A DNA stretch of 63,839 nucleotides, filler included, from Aduncisulcus paluster (GCA_024181965.1; 9 parts of 9 records of this genome joined end to end with filler, not necessarily neighbours in it), one strand, 5' to 3'. Shown: positions 35,701 through 48,960, counted from the whole stretch's first letter. Notes: a model not told the origin generated them from the sequence alone. A program made the numbers and translations.

Positions 35701-38378
35701 AGAGATAATCTTATCAGAAGAAGAGGTTGAGGAAAGAATAGAGAGATCACTGGATTTGGCATAAAAAAGGGGAGGGACATCACTCATACCACCTGTATCT
35801 TCCTCTGCATTCTGTGAACACTTGATTCGACCCCCAATACGTTCCCCAAGACCAGCAATATGAGCAATAGGAAGCATGGGGGCAAACAATCGACACACTG
35901 ATAAGGAAGCGGCCGAGGAGAGGAAAGGAGTGAAGGAGAGGAACATACAATCGAGAGCACTGCTTGTGACACTTTGGGGACCACCAGGGGTATCAAGCAC
36001 AGAGATAGGCAGAGCTGGAGTCAGGGACAGTGTTGGTANNNNNNNNNNNNNNNNNNNNGAAAGAATAGAGAGATCACTGGATTTGGCATAAAAAAGGGGA
36101 GGGACATCACTCATACCACCTGTATCTTCCTCTGCATTCTGTGAACACTTGATTCGACCCCCAATACGTTCCCCAAGACCAGCAATATGAGCAATAGGAA
36201 GCATGGGGGCAAACAATCGACACACTGATAAGGAAGCGGCCGAGGAGAGGAAAGGAGTGAAGGAGAGGAACATACAATCGAGAGCACTTCTTGTGACACT
36301 TTGGGGACCACCAGGGGTATCAAGCACAGAGATAGGCAGAGCTGGAGTCAGGGACAGTGTTGGTAACAATGTCATGGCAGATGCAAGAGACGGAATTGAC
36401 ACATTGCCCATTCCATCGGTTGTCAGAGAAGAAAGGAAGGAGGCTGAATCGGCACCTTCCATCGAAATTGTGTATGCCTCTTCGAACCCAGTGATATGGG
36501 TGGATGCTGAGAGATCTGCAAGAGTGTGGACAAGCTCCTCAGGTGATGACAAACACCTCAAAAGACTCATGACACGACTCATGGCGAGAGATCTTGAATC
36601 TGAGGAATTCAATGTAGCCGTGGCGGTCTTGGATTTGCTATCAGAGTCCAACGAAGATAATGCCACTTTTTTACCCATGTTGCCCATCACAGGAGTATCA
36701 TGTCCTTTTGTACGGCTTGTATCTTTCTCTGTATAGCACAGTATATGATCATCCACATCCCACCATTCCTCTGTGCCACGAATACCGGTGAAGATGAGCC
36801 TTGTCCAGGCCAAACTCTCGGCACAAAACGGTAGTTGGGTGGCCATTGGATTGCGTGCATGAGATAGAGTCAATAAATGTGAATCGCCAGTAACGATTGA
36901 GGTTGGATGCCCGCTATGGATTCTTAGAGGATGCAGAAGGGAGGTTGATATACGAGACATTGAGGAAGTCGAAGAAGATTGTGAATAACTATTTGAAGAG
37001 AAAGAGGTGGAGGACATCACAAACATTTCTCGTTGAGTCTTCACGTATTCATCGATGGTCTTAACAATATGGTCGGCAAATCGTTCTGGAATAAATCTTT
37101 CTTGGAAATACGAATCATCGAGAGTGTGATTCCCATAATTTGCTTCAAGAAGAGTGTGTAAAAGACGCATATGAGGAAGTAACAAATGGAAAGGACGGTG
37201 GCGTTTACGAAGCTCTTCTCGAATGTTTAATGGCTTCTTCTCTTTTGATTCTCGCATAAAATGCATGTTTACATTCATTAAACCCATGAATAAACGAAGG
37301 AGATAGAGTTGTGAAACTTGAGACTCAATATAACCATGAGATAAAATTTGAATATATTCTTCCTTCATTCGAGCCCGAAGACTATCTGATACTGTATTAA
37401 TAAGAGCAGATTCGCGTGAAAATTGACCTTTAAACTTGCTCCGTATCTTTTTTTTGAGAGATTGCATTTCATCTTTTTCTATAATAGAATTGGCTTCATC
37501 AATCATCTTGACAGCTTCTCCATATTTTTTATCCTGGATACAAACAATTATTGAAAGCCGTAAACTCTTTAATCTCATTAAACAGTCAAGNNNNNNNNNN
37601 NNNNNNNNNNAACGAAGGAGATAGAGTTGTGAAACTTGAGACTCAATATAACCATGAGATAAAATTTGAATATATTCTTCCTTCATTCGAGCCCGAAGAC
37701 TATCTGATACTGTATTAATAAGAGCAGATTCGCGTGAAAATTGACCTTTAAACTTGCTCCGTATCTTTTTTTTGAGAGATTGCATTTCATCTTTTTCTAT
37801 AATAGAATTGGCTTCATCAATCATCTTGACAGCTTCTCCATATTTTTTATCCTGGATACAAACAATTATTGAAAGCCGTAAACTCTTTAATCTCATTAAA
37901 CAGTCAAGAATTAATTTCTCCCTCTCTTTTCGCAATCTCTGCATCGTTTGTGCGAATTTATCTTGTTCTTCTTCCTGAGGGGCAAATACTTTAATTGCTT
38001 GTTGGAGTTTTTCTTTAACTATTTCAGACTTTTTCTGGAATAACGCAAGGGCATCACTGGCTATTTTAAAATGATCAGCTACTTCATTGAGTTGCTGAAA
38101 ATGTTCTACAAATAAAAGTATTTTAAATACGTGCGGAATTTGGGTAAGAAATATAATAATAATGGTATTGATTTTATCGTATGAGGATAAACGAAAACGA
38201 ATAATAATATGGAATGATAAAACGATACATATGTAAGATTTTTCCGATAAATATGGATAAAATACCAATGGGAAATAAAAAAGATCATACCTTTTGAATG
38301 TTGAGCTGTTGTTTCACGCCACTTATCTCTCCGAAGGAGTTCGGTATCCTTCTGGGCCTGAGGATCACTAGTATACAT
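32706..38378 (-). CDS. Large helical tethering-complex subunit, probably exocyst Sec8; exon 1 38378-38291, intron 38106-38290
   Basis: GTATGA...TAG intron gives the in-frame join QHSK-EHFQQLN. The N-terminus (EHFQQLN...coiled coil...IQDKKYGEAV) resembles the Sec8 N-terminal domain. One continuous frame to 32706 after collapsing three overlap gaps. Confidence 0.55.
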
Positions 38379-38659
38379 TAAGAATATTTAGAGATAACAG
38401 CAATTAATTCACTTTTGAGGAAAAAGTAGAGCGTAGTAACCTGTGGTATCGAGAAAACGGCTACGAAAATATTATCTCGAGAAAAAAGTTATTAAATGGA
38501 AGTATTTATATCAATTATTGCTTTGCTAGCAATGTATTACCGTTTCTATAATAATTTAGTAACTATTAATGAACTGAAGCACCCATAAAAAAAACTCTGA
38601 TGCGAATTCAAAAAAAAGATCAGTATAGATGCTATCAAGGATAGGAAATACTTTTATTC

Positions 38660-39256
38660 TTAGAGGATACATTGGGAAAGGGAAGAAATCTTACCATATC
38701 CGTCAGCAGCCTCCTTGGCAACGGGACCAGTGATGGCAGAAGCCTTAACTTCTCCCTTCTTGGTCAAGATGACACCGGCGTTGTCCTCAAAGTAGATGAA
38801 AGAACCATTCTTACGTCTCCAGATCTTACGTTGACGAACAACAACTGCAGGGATAACCTCCTTCTTCAAAGTGGCATCACCCTTACGCACAGTAACGATA
38901 ACGGTGTCACTGGGAGCGGCAGCAGGAAGTCTGTTAAGACGACCCTTGTAACCGGTCACGGAGATGATGTGAAGGGCACGGGCACCGGAGTTGTCACAAC
39001 AGTTGATGAGGGCACCAACGGGCAAACCGCAGGTCATCCTGTATTTAGTTCCCTTACGTGAAATACGACCAGTTGCTAAAAAATAATAGGAAAAATTCAA
39101 TATTTTTATAATAGAATGTGGAAAATCAATTGAAAAAGGGTGATAAAGAAAAGATTATAAAAAATCACGAAAAATAAATGATTATATCAGAAATAAATGA
39201 TATTATGAGGGTTAATATGATGTTATTATGAAATAAAACATACTACGCTTGCTCAT
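38660..39256 (-). CDS. RPL23: 60S ribosomal protein L23 (uL14); exon 1 39256-39244, intron 39076-39243
   Basis: [32 protein letters not shown]...GRLNRLPAA...YFEDNAGVI...[14 protein letters not shown]...TAG intron restores the frame. Confidence 0.96.
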
Positions 39257-39621
39257 CTGTTCCTATCTGGGGCCAAAGGGAATAACCAAATCAGAAGGGT
39301 TATTCTCAAACAACTATTTTTAGGGATAATACAAAGGACATATTTAAAGATAATATTATGAAATAAAATAATAAAGTTGGTGCATTTTAATTGAAAAGAC
39401 TTGGGTTAAAATATGTTTTATTGGATGATTACAGGAAATAGAGAAAAATCATGTCAAACGGCATAGTTTCAAAATATAATAAATTAAATTTGGAGGGATA
39501 ATCTTTAAAAGTAGTGTTTAAAATCATATCATTTTATAATATGTAAATTTATTGAGATAATAAGAGAGAAAATACAAAAATGATCTTTTCCTTGTAAATG
39601 AAGCTACAATAATTTAATATA

Positions 39622-41304
39622 ATGATTAAATGGAATATAAATATATGTTATGATATTTTATCATGCATTCAATATGGAACAGCAGCACAAATTGTTTCAA
39701 CATTGTCAAAAATCTTTAACCACTCAAAAAATACAAATCAACAAACATCTTTGATTATTTTGGAGGTAATATCATCGTATCTACTTGAAGATAGAAAGCA
39801 ATTTGATCCAGTATTTGTTGGAAGATCAGAAGTATTTTCTTCAAGTGCTGGGATAAAAACCCTCTCTACCTATTCAAAAGAAGATATAATTAATGGATTT
39901 AAACGAATATTGGGTGTTGGATGTCAATATAGTGGCTGGCCTGCATTTTTTCGTCGATATGTTGTCTTTCTTAGACAGAATCCTGATATTCTTGATTCGT
40001 CATACAGTCCAAAATATTCAAACATTAAAAATTTGTTATTCTTTTCTCTTAATTTACCGATTCACGCCCTTGAGTGCTCTGTTTGTACATTTGAACCTAT
40101 TTTCCCCTCAGGCGAGTCTTATTCGGAGTATACGCATTCTTGTGCGTGGTGTCGAATGTGTGGAAGTGGTGAAACTAAGGTAATTTCCGAAGATCTATCA
40201 GAGACAGATGCCGAAATTGTTACATCCTATCGAGTTCCCTCAATTATAGATCACCATGCTGATAGTTGTGTTATTCGTGAGTATTTATGTGATGCAAGAG
40301 CCATATTATGGGAATTGGAAACCATTCCTGAAGCTGCAACCTCTTTTCAAGGTGTCAACCGCGATGGTACATTCCCATCCCTCCGTAGTATTCAATCTCC
40401 TCTTAATTATCCATATCGTTCCTCACATATCCCTCCAATACAATCCTCTGAGCTTGAACAGGCTGATGATATGGATGATATTGAAATTATTGACATTGGG
40501 GATGATGATCTCAATCCTCTTGGAAGTGTTGAAGAGGACGAGACAGAAATGATACCTTCCAGTATCAGGACAAAGAATAATAAGAACAATCCTCTGAAAC
40601 AGACAAGAACTCTTCCAATTGATTCTAATCCTAAACTTAGTATTACTTCACATACATCCTCAGCAACATCGACTCGACTTGAGCATCGAGTGTTGACTTC
40701 AAATGAGATTCTTAGTATCATTGGTCTTCTATCCACGTGTTGTGTTGACTCTTTTCAACCTTTATCTGGAATTGAGAAGATTGTGAAGACAACAATGGCC
40801 GTTAAAGTGTCTGGTCGATCGAAATATAGAAATGAAGAACTTAAGCATGAGGAAGAACAAGAAGAAAAAGAAGATAACGAAAAAGGTGATGGGTTGATGA
40901 AAGGCGAGGCTGGATGTGTATTTGATTCTACTTTTTCTCTGACTTCACATCAGCATCTATTGAGGAAGAGATCACTTCCTTATGTTCTTGAGAATCTGGA
41001 CTCTTTTGTTTATTCCAACTCAGATTCTTTGTTCACGCCGAAATCAATTCGTCTTCTTCTCACTCATCTCCTTCGAACTGTTCTATTTTTAGTTACTGAG
41101 CAACAAAGAATCGAGGAAAGTGGTGAGTACATAGACATTGGAATAGGTGATCATGAAGAGGAAGAGGAGGATGATGATGAAGAGGAAGAAGAAAGACGTG
41201 GTGATAGAAAAGAAAAAGGAAAAGGAAGAGGAAGCAAGAAGAATAAGCCCCTGAATGGCATTAAAGAATTCGATATTAAGGAAAGTCGAATCAAACTTTC
41301 ATTG
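39622..41304 (+). CDS. Uncharacterised protein, 3'-truncated
   Basis: ORF of about 560 aa running into the linker; contains CxxC-like motifs (CSVC, CRMC). Confidence 0.6.
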
Positions 41305-41959
41305 NNNNNNNNNNNNNNNNNNNNNNNNNNNNNNNNNNNNNNNNNNNNTTAATTAATTAANNNNNNNNNNNNNNNNNNNNNNNNNNNNNNNNNNNNNNNN
41401 NNNNTGTGAGATGTCCCTTGTCCGATCCGTTTCGAACTGTTGAAAGAAGAATCAAAATAAGCATTTTGATCAGGATAGCAGATTTATGAGTGATAATTGT
41501 TCGAAGATTGTCGCGATAAAGTTAGAACTTGTGTGTGAGCTGTTGGAAGTGTGTCTGAGGTGTGTTTTGCGTGTGAGTGCTTGTGAACAACCCCTCAGAA
41601 AGTAAGGGGTGAGTGTGGTGATGTTCTAATTTTTCTCAATCTTTGATATATTATTGTTTATTTATTTGTTTTATAATTATATTTTATTTATTTTATTTAA
41701 TTTATATTTATTTTATTTATATTTCATTGTTGATTCGATTATTGATTAATTGATTTCTTCAACGAGATTCTGATTCATCTTAAACAGTAAATTGTCTTCA
41801 AGCATAGTCTTGCTAAGATTGGTTTTATTCTTATAACTAAGGTAACACCACACCATTATTTTTTAATGGTAATACCATGGTAATACATTAAGAAATACCA
41901 TTATTTTTAGTGGTATTACCATAAAAAATTTCTGTAATGGTATTACCATGGTAATACTC

Positions 41960-42720
41960 TTACACGGAACGCTAGTGGTTGCTACAACAGGACGGCTGAA
42001 GGTGAGTGATCTTGTTCTAATACTCACAAGTTGAGGGAAGGCGTGAAGGAGGCGTTTAAGGATAGGCCTATTGAAGTAATATGGTGCCGCTGATCCAAGT
42101 GTGCTCGCTCTCCATGACCCTAGAATCATTTTCTGCTTTAGTGACGTTAAACGTGAAGATATATTTTTCGATCCCGCTTTCCAGTTGAAGCCTGTAATGT
42201 AAAAGATGTCGTCCTTCCTCGCCAGGGAGAGGTTTGTTCTTCTCAGGGCTTGAATACATGGAACCCAGTTGATGTTTATCAGGCGTTGGCGTCCTGTTCC
42301 TGTTCTCCGTCGGGATACGTCACCATTCGTTGTGAATATTGTTCGAAGTGTTTGGTGCTCCTCACCATCTTCAAATTCCATGTGACAATTCTCCATAAAC
42401 TTAAGGAATGCAGCTTTGAGTGCCGGATAGGTAAGACTGTGTATTAACAAGGAGACTCGGTACATGTCGACCTCCATTGTGGATTGAGCAATACCTAACC
42501 CCCCACTTCTCTGCTGTACATGATAGAATGCGGTGGGGATGCCTCTGCTTGGAAGATGAAGTTGTTTAGAGACAGCAGCTCTAACCAAGGTATCGATATA
42601 AGACAACTTCTTCTGGGGGATGAGTCCAAGTCTTGCATAGTAGACTAGCTTCGGTAAGAGGTGTTCGTTGAAGGCTATGACCTTTTGGAGCGGCTTAAGA
42701 GGCAGTTTAAGCACTCTCTC
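41960..42720 (-). mobile_element. Non-LTR retrotransposon fragment (RT thumb/linker region, RLE type)
   Basis: LKPLQKV...LLPKLVY...FYH.QQRSGGLGI is the post-RT region of R2/NeSL-like elements; homologous to the copy at 47.7-48.6 kb. Confidence 0.8.
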
Positions 42721-43470
42721 GATTTCTTATCATTACTAATGATACTAAATTCTTAGTACTAATTTGAGGACTAAAAATCTAGCCCCTAAAACGAGTACTA
42801 AAAAATTTTCTGTTTAGTACTTTTGGACTAACTCAGTACTAAAACCCACAACTATATAACATAATTATCCACGCTAATAACATCATTGAATTAAGCACAT
42901 GATTATGGCAAGCGAGTGATATCAATATGTTTCGATTCCATGACTCATCCATCTGGTTCGTTCCCACTATCTTCTACACCATCTTTCAAAGCTTCCCATT
43001 CATCTCCAAACTGAATGTGGTTCTGTATGTGGTCAAGTCTAGGAGATTGTTCTGCAAAATGGAAGGGTTGGAGATCTGTTAGAACAAAAAATGATAGAAC
43101 TAAACTGTAGTTTACCACCCCAAAAGGTATGGTGTGTTGGTATTCAACTTTACATGGACGGTGTGAGTTGTGGGGTGTGTATTTGTTGGTCCGTCACTTG
43201 AGAACTGCGCTAAAAAAGTCGAATTGCCCCATAACATCCACACATGCACCAGTTCTGTTGACAAAGAACTTCATACAACTTCCCTTCCACCTTCAAGATC
43301 CACACCCCACCACACTCATCTTTCTTCACTTGTCTCACCTGTCTCACAACCCAGATCATACGGATCTGGTGATCCAATTTATGTTCGTGACTTTCCCTCA
43401 ATACCTATGCCTCGACTATCNNNNNNNNNNNNNNNNNNNNGTATTCAACTTTACATGGACGGTGTGAGTT

Positions 43471-44856
43471 GTGGGGTGTGTATTTGTTGGTCCGTCACTT
43501 GAGAACTGCGCTAAAAAAGTCGAATTGCCCCATAACATCCACACATGCACCAGTTCTGTTGACAAAGAACTTCATACAACTTCCCTTCCACCTTCAAGAT
43601 CCACACCCCACCACACTCATCTTTCTTCACTTGTCTCACCTGTCTCACAACCCAGATCATACGGATCTGGTGATCCAATTTATGTTCGTGACTTTCCCTC
43701 AATACCTATGCCTCGACTATCCCTGCACAAATTGATCCTAAAAGACACATTAGCACGGATTATTTCCCTCGAGAGCTACCATCGATATCGAATGGCTAGT
43801 TTAGAGGATGAACAATGTCTTGATATCCCACCTCTCCCTTCTCTCTATCAGGTTCGGCGATATCTTGATACTGTTGATAATTATGGATGCAAGCATAAAG
43901 GAATTTCATATGTGGGTTTTGGTTCCATTATCAAGTCACTTCGTGATGAAAGCAGTGTTTTTAAACACTTGTCTCATTTCAGTCCCTATATCTCTCCTCC
44001 TTCACGTCCCTCGTACGAGCCGGTTGCTTACTCTTCTTATGGCGAGGCATTAAAAACCTTTTCCAAGGACATGGGGATAGAAGTTGGATCCCAAAGACCT
44101 TTCTCAGCATCCTCTCTCACTGAGTATGTCCGGGAGTGCCGAATAAGGGATATCGCTCCAATGGTTTTTGTCAGAGTTATTCTTTTTGTGGATGGGGTTG
44201 CCACAGCACTGGGTGGAAACACTGCTTTATCGATGAAATTGTCATTGGTGAACATTATGACAACCTGTAGATCCATGAATGGGGCTTGGAGAGAGAGTTG
44301 TGTGATGAAGGAGGATAAGAATGCCAGCACCCTTCCCGCCGAAATCATCCTTATTGAATCGCGGAAGCTTCAAAGCGGATTCAAGATCCCCACTATGGAA
44401 GGACCAGCCTTCATCTTTGGAAGTCTGCAAGCGGTAGTCGCCGATCATCCTCAAAGGTGCGACTTCACATGTTGCAAACGCAATCGCTGTCTTTGGTGCC
44501 ACGCTGAGAAACTTGAAATGCTCTTTGGAATCAAAAGAACACCAAGAAGTCACCTCCAGACTGGTCTTTTCCCCACCACAGCATCTGACGACTTTGTTCC
44601 TAGGCACTTGTTCCTGAGTGATCCCCTTCATATGTTTCAGTTGGGTATCATCTCTTCAATCACAACTCTTGTGAAAACAATCACCTCACCTGAAGGACAG
44701 AGGGAGGTAGACAGTCGCCTTAGAGCACTCGATGTGCGGATCCAAATAGGGAATCATTTTCGAAACGGGAATTATTTTTGTGACTTTTTGACCATGGTAG
44801 TACTCCCAAATATCCAGTTGTGGAAAAACACACCGCTTCGTGTGCTATCACAGTAG
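43471..44856 (+). mobile_element. Plavaka-like (CMC superfamily) DDE transposase, probably degenerate at the 3' end
   Basis: ILFVDG (first Asp), SLVNI, LQAVVADHPQRC..CC...CLWC (second Asp, cf. Plavaka ADYPEQ..C..C) and SDPLHMFQLGI (cf. PDxLHQLxxG). Confidence 0.7.
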
Positions 44857-45099
44857 ACTTTCGTCGTGTTGTGATGTTTTCCTTGGCTGGGTCCTCAGGG
44901 TTGACTAAAGTTGGTGAAAACATTGCCACACTCCTCAATGAGATCATTAAAGAGAAAAAAGAAGGTTCTCTCCCCTTGGAAAAGTTCCGTGCTCGTGTGA
45001 AGATGAGTGTTACTATCGCTATTCTGTCTGCCGAACGGTAAATCCAGCTTTTCCCGTGAATACTGCGAGAAAGGAACGCCGTTCCTTCTCAAACATACA

Positions 45100-45690
45100 T
45101 TATTTCGGCAGGTTGAAGGAAGATCGATATCCTAGAGTGCTTCCAACTCAATTTCTTCTGTCTTCTTTCCTCAAAGATATCATCTTATTGCAAAAAGGGA
45201 TCGAATTTGAGGATGAAATTGTTGTCGGATATTTACATAGCCTCCTTGCAGATACTCCAGAACGTGTAAAATTGTTGCAGTGTGATGGAAGTCTGATAAG
45301 GAGATGTCATAGAGATGAATCTCGGGGAATTCATTCTCTTTTAGGTGGCAAAAATCCTCACTCGTAAACTTGTGCTGGTCCTTTGATCACTGAATGGTAT
45401 GCGGGTTTGTATTTCCATTCCAAACAAATTCATGCAGATTTCATGCATATGGAACTACTTGGAATGGGACGCATTCTTGTTGGCATTCTCCACAAGGTAT
45501 CAAAAAGTCTAGTCGTTACAAATTAGATGAAGCGCTTGACTCAATTGATCCGAACTTGCGAGTGATTGTGAGAGCAAACACGATGTCAGCAACAGATTAT
45601 GGAACATTCATCACTTGCTTATCATATCTGTTATCGTTTGTTGACAGCTCATGGCTTTGCTTCACACCCTGCCTCAGAAGAGAATAGGAA
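45100..45690 (+). pseudogene. Second, frameshifted Plavaka-like transposase fragment
   Basis: GYLHSLLADTPERVKLLQC...RCH and, in another frame, IHADFMHMELLG repeat the same motifs; interrupted by stops and frameshifts. Confidence 0.55.
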
Positions 45691-47526
45691 GAAGAAGGCA
45701 TTGCTGATGAGGAGTTGATAGCAAGAAGAAGGGTGAGATCCACGATGCCTCTTGAAGTTTCAGAAGAGTGGTTCTATCAACAATTGGTAAAAACTATTAC
45801 CACTCATGCAAACTATCTCTTCAAGGTTTTGTTTGCAAGAGCTCACAACCCTGAACTTGAAACTCTTATGTTCAAGCATAGAGAATTTCTTCTTCCGTTG
45901 GCTTGGGTGACGAAGGTGATTAAAATTTAACATAGTCATCATTTTCTTTGCACTCATTACTTCCCTGCCCATCACAAGGAGATTCTTGAACTCTATGGGT
46001 GTGCAGCTAATATTGATTCTGATCCATATGAAGCCACAACTCTCAGCAGCCATGAAACGAGTTCAAAGGTGTGCTGAAGCTGCAAAAAACCAGGTGCGAA
46101 TGATGAAGGTTCTGAAGAATCATTCAGCGAGTTAAAGAAGGTTATTGAGGGCAAACTCGATGGAAAGAAGATGAAAATAATTTTACATATCGATGAGGCT
46201 CTGTCGTTAGATAGCAATTGTGCTGGTCCTGGTGATAAATTTGGGATTAGATTTGTGTTGATGCGCCAAGTGTTAATTGAAACTGCATGTCATTTANNNN
46301 NNNNNNNNNNNNNNNNCATATGAAGCCACAACTCTCAGCAGCCATGAAACGAGTTCAAAGGTGTGCTGAAGCTGCAAAAAACCAGGTGCGAATGATGAAG
46401 GTTCTGAAGAATCATTCAGCGAGTTAAAGAAGGTTATTGAGGGCAAACTCGATGGAAAGAAGATGAAAATAATTTTACATATCGATGAGGCTCTGTCGTT
46501 AGATAGCAATTGTGCTGGTCCTGGTGATAAATTTGGGATTAGATTTGTGTTGATGCGCCAAGTGTTAATTGAAACTGCATGTCATTTATGCCCAGATCCA
46601 GCTCAAATTAACCAATTCTTGTCGAAGGGATTACATACAAGATGATGAGCTTCTTTGTTTCTTTCCAGAGATTGCCATTTATAGCTCTTGTGATGTTCAC
46701 AAATCAAAGAGCAGGAGCTATTAGCAGTGTTATGCCTGGTAACATCACAAAAAACCAGGAAAACTCAACATTGAAAGAGGAAGAAAAATGAGTTCTAGTG
46801 GAAAAAGCAAATATGAGTTTGGAGATGACTGGATTTCCCTTTGAGACAGCTTGATTCTGTGGATCACCTCTCTAAGAAAGAGATATTACAAGCTTATTGG
46901 AGGTAAACATCCTGAAGTTCCACTGCACCCTATTCCTTTCTTTATTAAGTGAAGCTTCTCCCATCAAATGATGTTGTGGAATCACACCAACCACAATTAT
47001 AATCGAAAGGACCGTAGACCTCTCTGTTAGGTATAATAAGGAATGGAAATTCGTTGGTTTGATATTTTTCGTGCACACTGATCCAAGGATGGAAACGAAC
47101 ATCTAAAATTACAAGACAGATACACAGTGACCTTTTCAACAGTATTATCGATGACAATATTTTGTTCGACGAAGAGAGAAAAAGAAGATGCCCGACAACC
47201 AGATCTGTTTATGAGAGAGAGAGAGAATTGAAAAGGGCCTGTATACCAGTTTCTTTTTCTTCTGTCAGGGTTGGGACCAGACTGCGAAACACCCCCTATC
47301 CAATTTCCTATACCCCATTTCATATCTCTTTTGAGGCGCATCAGGTCGACCAAATTCTTCTTCGATTTGGTAATTCTTTTTTCACTTACACTGCCCCAGC
47401 AACAAACTACTCTCATAATTATGGTTTCATTTAAGATGTTTCTATATTATCCTATCTGGAAGTTTTGGAGCAATAGTAATAGTATTCTGTACAACACTAT
47501 ACCTTCCAATTCCACGATTCCTCTAA

Positions 47527-47574
47527 CCACCCCACCACCCCGCCACCCCACCACCCTACCACCCTACCACCCCA
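47527..47574. repeat. Six copies of the 8-mer CCACCC(C/T)(A/G); G-rich on the minus strand
   Basis: Read directly from the sequence. Confidence 0.9.
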
Positions 47575-47668
47575 CTGTTCCTGAAAGTTTATGTTTGAGC
47601 ATTTCTTATCTTGTTGACATAGGACAACACAATCATTCCTGTTTTGAACTCCAGATCCACTATTTTCT

Positions 47669-48960
47669 TCATGGGAATCCCCATGTCCCTAAGTGCTCCT
47701 CTAGAAGGGATACTCCAGAGCCTGAGTAACCAATGATAATACCTGAGCCGTTTGGGCCATACTTCTCCGATTTTTCATGGTGACGTTTCTCGAAGGAGAA
47801 CAGGGTTGTCATCCCCATGCATGACTGACACGTCCAACCAGAACGAGGAGTCTCCATCTTCAATTAAGATATCAACTCTCTGATCTTCACGATATGTGAC
47901 TTCTTCCCTTATGGAATGCTCTGGGAGGTAGGTTCTGAGTTCTGTCGTTAGGAGTGTTCGAATGTCGTGGTGTCTCTGCCTATATTGTGGCATTAGTTCA
48001 GGACATCCCCCTAATAAGTGGATCTGAGTGTTCTGGGCCTGGAAGAGAGAAGATGATGCGGGGAAAGGTCGGCAATATGTAAGGCTTCTGCATCTGATAC
48101 TGGACAGTTGGGGGAATGCATGGAGCAATCTTTTCAGGATTGGTCTGTTGAAGTAGTAAGGAGAGGCAGATTCAAGGGAGCTCGCTTTCCATGAACCAAT
48201 GACCATCTTTTGCTTCAGTGATGATAGTCTCGAATGAAATGTTCTCCAACCCAACCTTCTGATTGAAACTTTCGATATAAAAGTCAGTGTCTTCTCGTAA
48301 TTGTGAGTCCTGTTCTCCTTAGAGCTTGAATGCATGGGGTCCAGTTAATGTTTTTCAAGCGTTGTCTCGGTGCGTTGTCTTTCTTGCTATATCACCATTA
48401 TCAGTGAACAATACTTGGAGTTTTTCTCGTTCTTCATCCTCGTTAAATTCCATTTCACATCATTCCATGAAGTTTAGGAATGCTGCCTTGAGTGAGGGGT
48501 ATGACAGACTGTGTATTAATAGAAATATTCTATACATGTCCACCTCGATTGTTGCTTGTGCCAGTCCCAGTCCTCCATGTCGTTGTCATGCTATTGTGAA
48601 ACATTTCTCTGCATTCAGTGTGAAGCCACCAGCTTCCAGAGCAGCACACAATTCATTTGTAAGTGAGGTGAGGTTGGTTCTCGAGGTTCCAATCACTATG
48701 AGCTCTACTGGAGGAACAATGTCAAGGCAGACATTAAAGAGAACTGGGGAGATAGCATTTCCTTGTGCCATCCCTTTCAGTACAGATGGAGTTATCATGG
48801 ACCTAGATGATGGATGAGATAGACTGGGTTATGACCTCTTTTGAAGCTATGTGTATTATCTTCTCAATGATTTCTCTGAGGAGTGCATGACTAAATGATC
48901 CGTACGCATCAGTGAGGTCGAGGCATGCTGCTGGGTTTGATCCCAACCATTCCTGGAATG
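47669..48960 (-). mobile_element. Degenerate RLE-type non-LTR retrotransposon (RT plus restriction-like endonuclease)
   Basis: CLDLTDAYGSFSH (about 48890-48930), GMAQGNAISPVLFN and GFTLNAEKC (RT motifs); GGLGLAQ; then HLLGGC....RQRHH...RVDIL.....WLDVSV and a frameshifted EKSEKY (RLE). The YADD motif is missing and there are several frameshifts. Confidence 0.85.
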
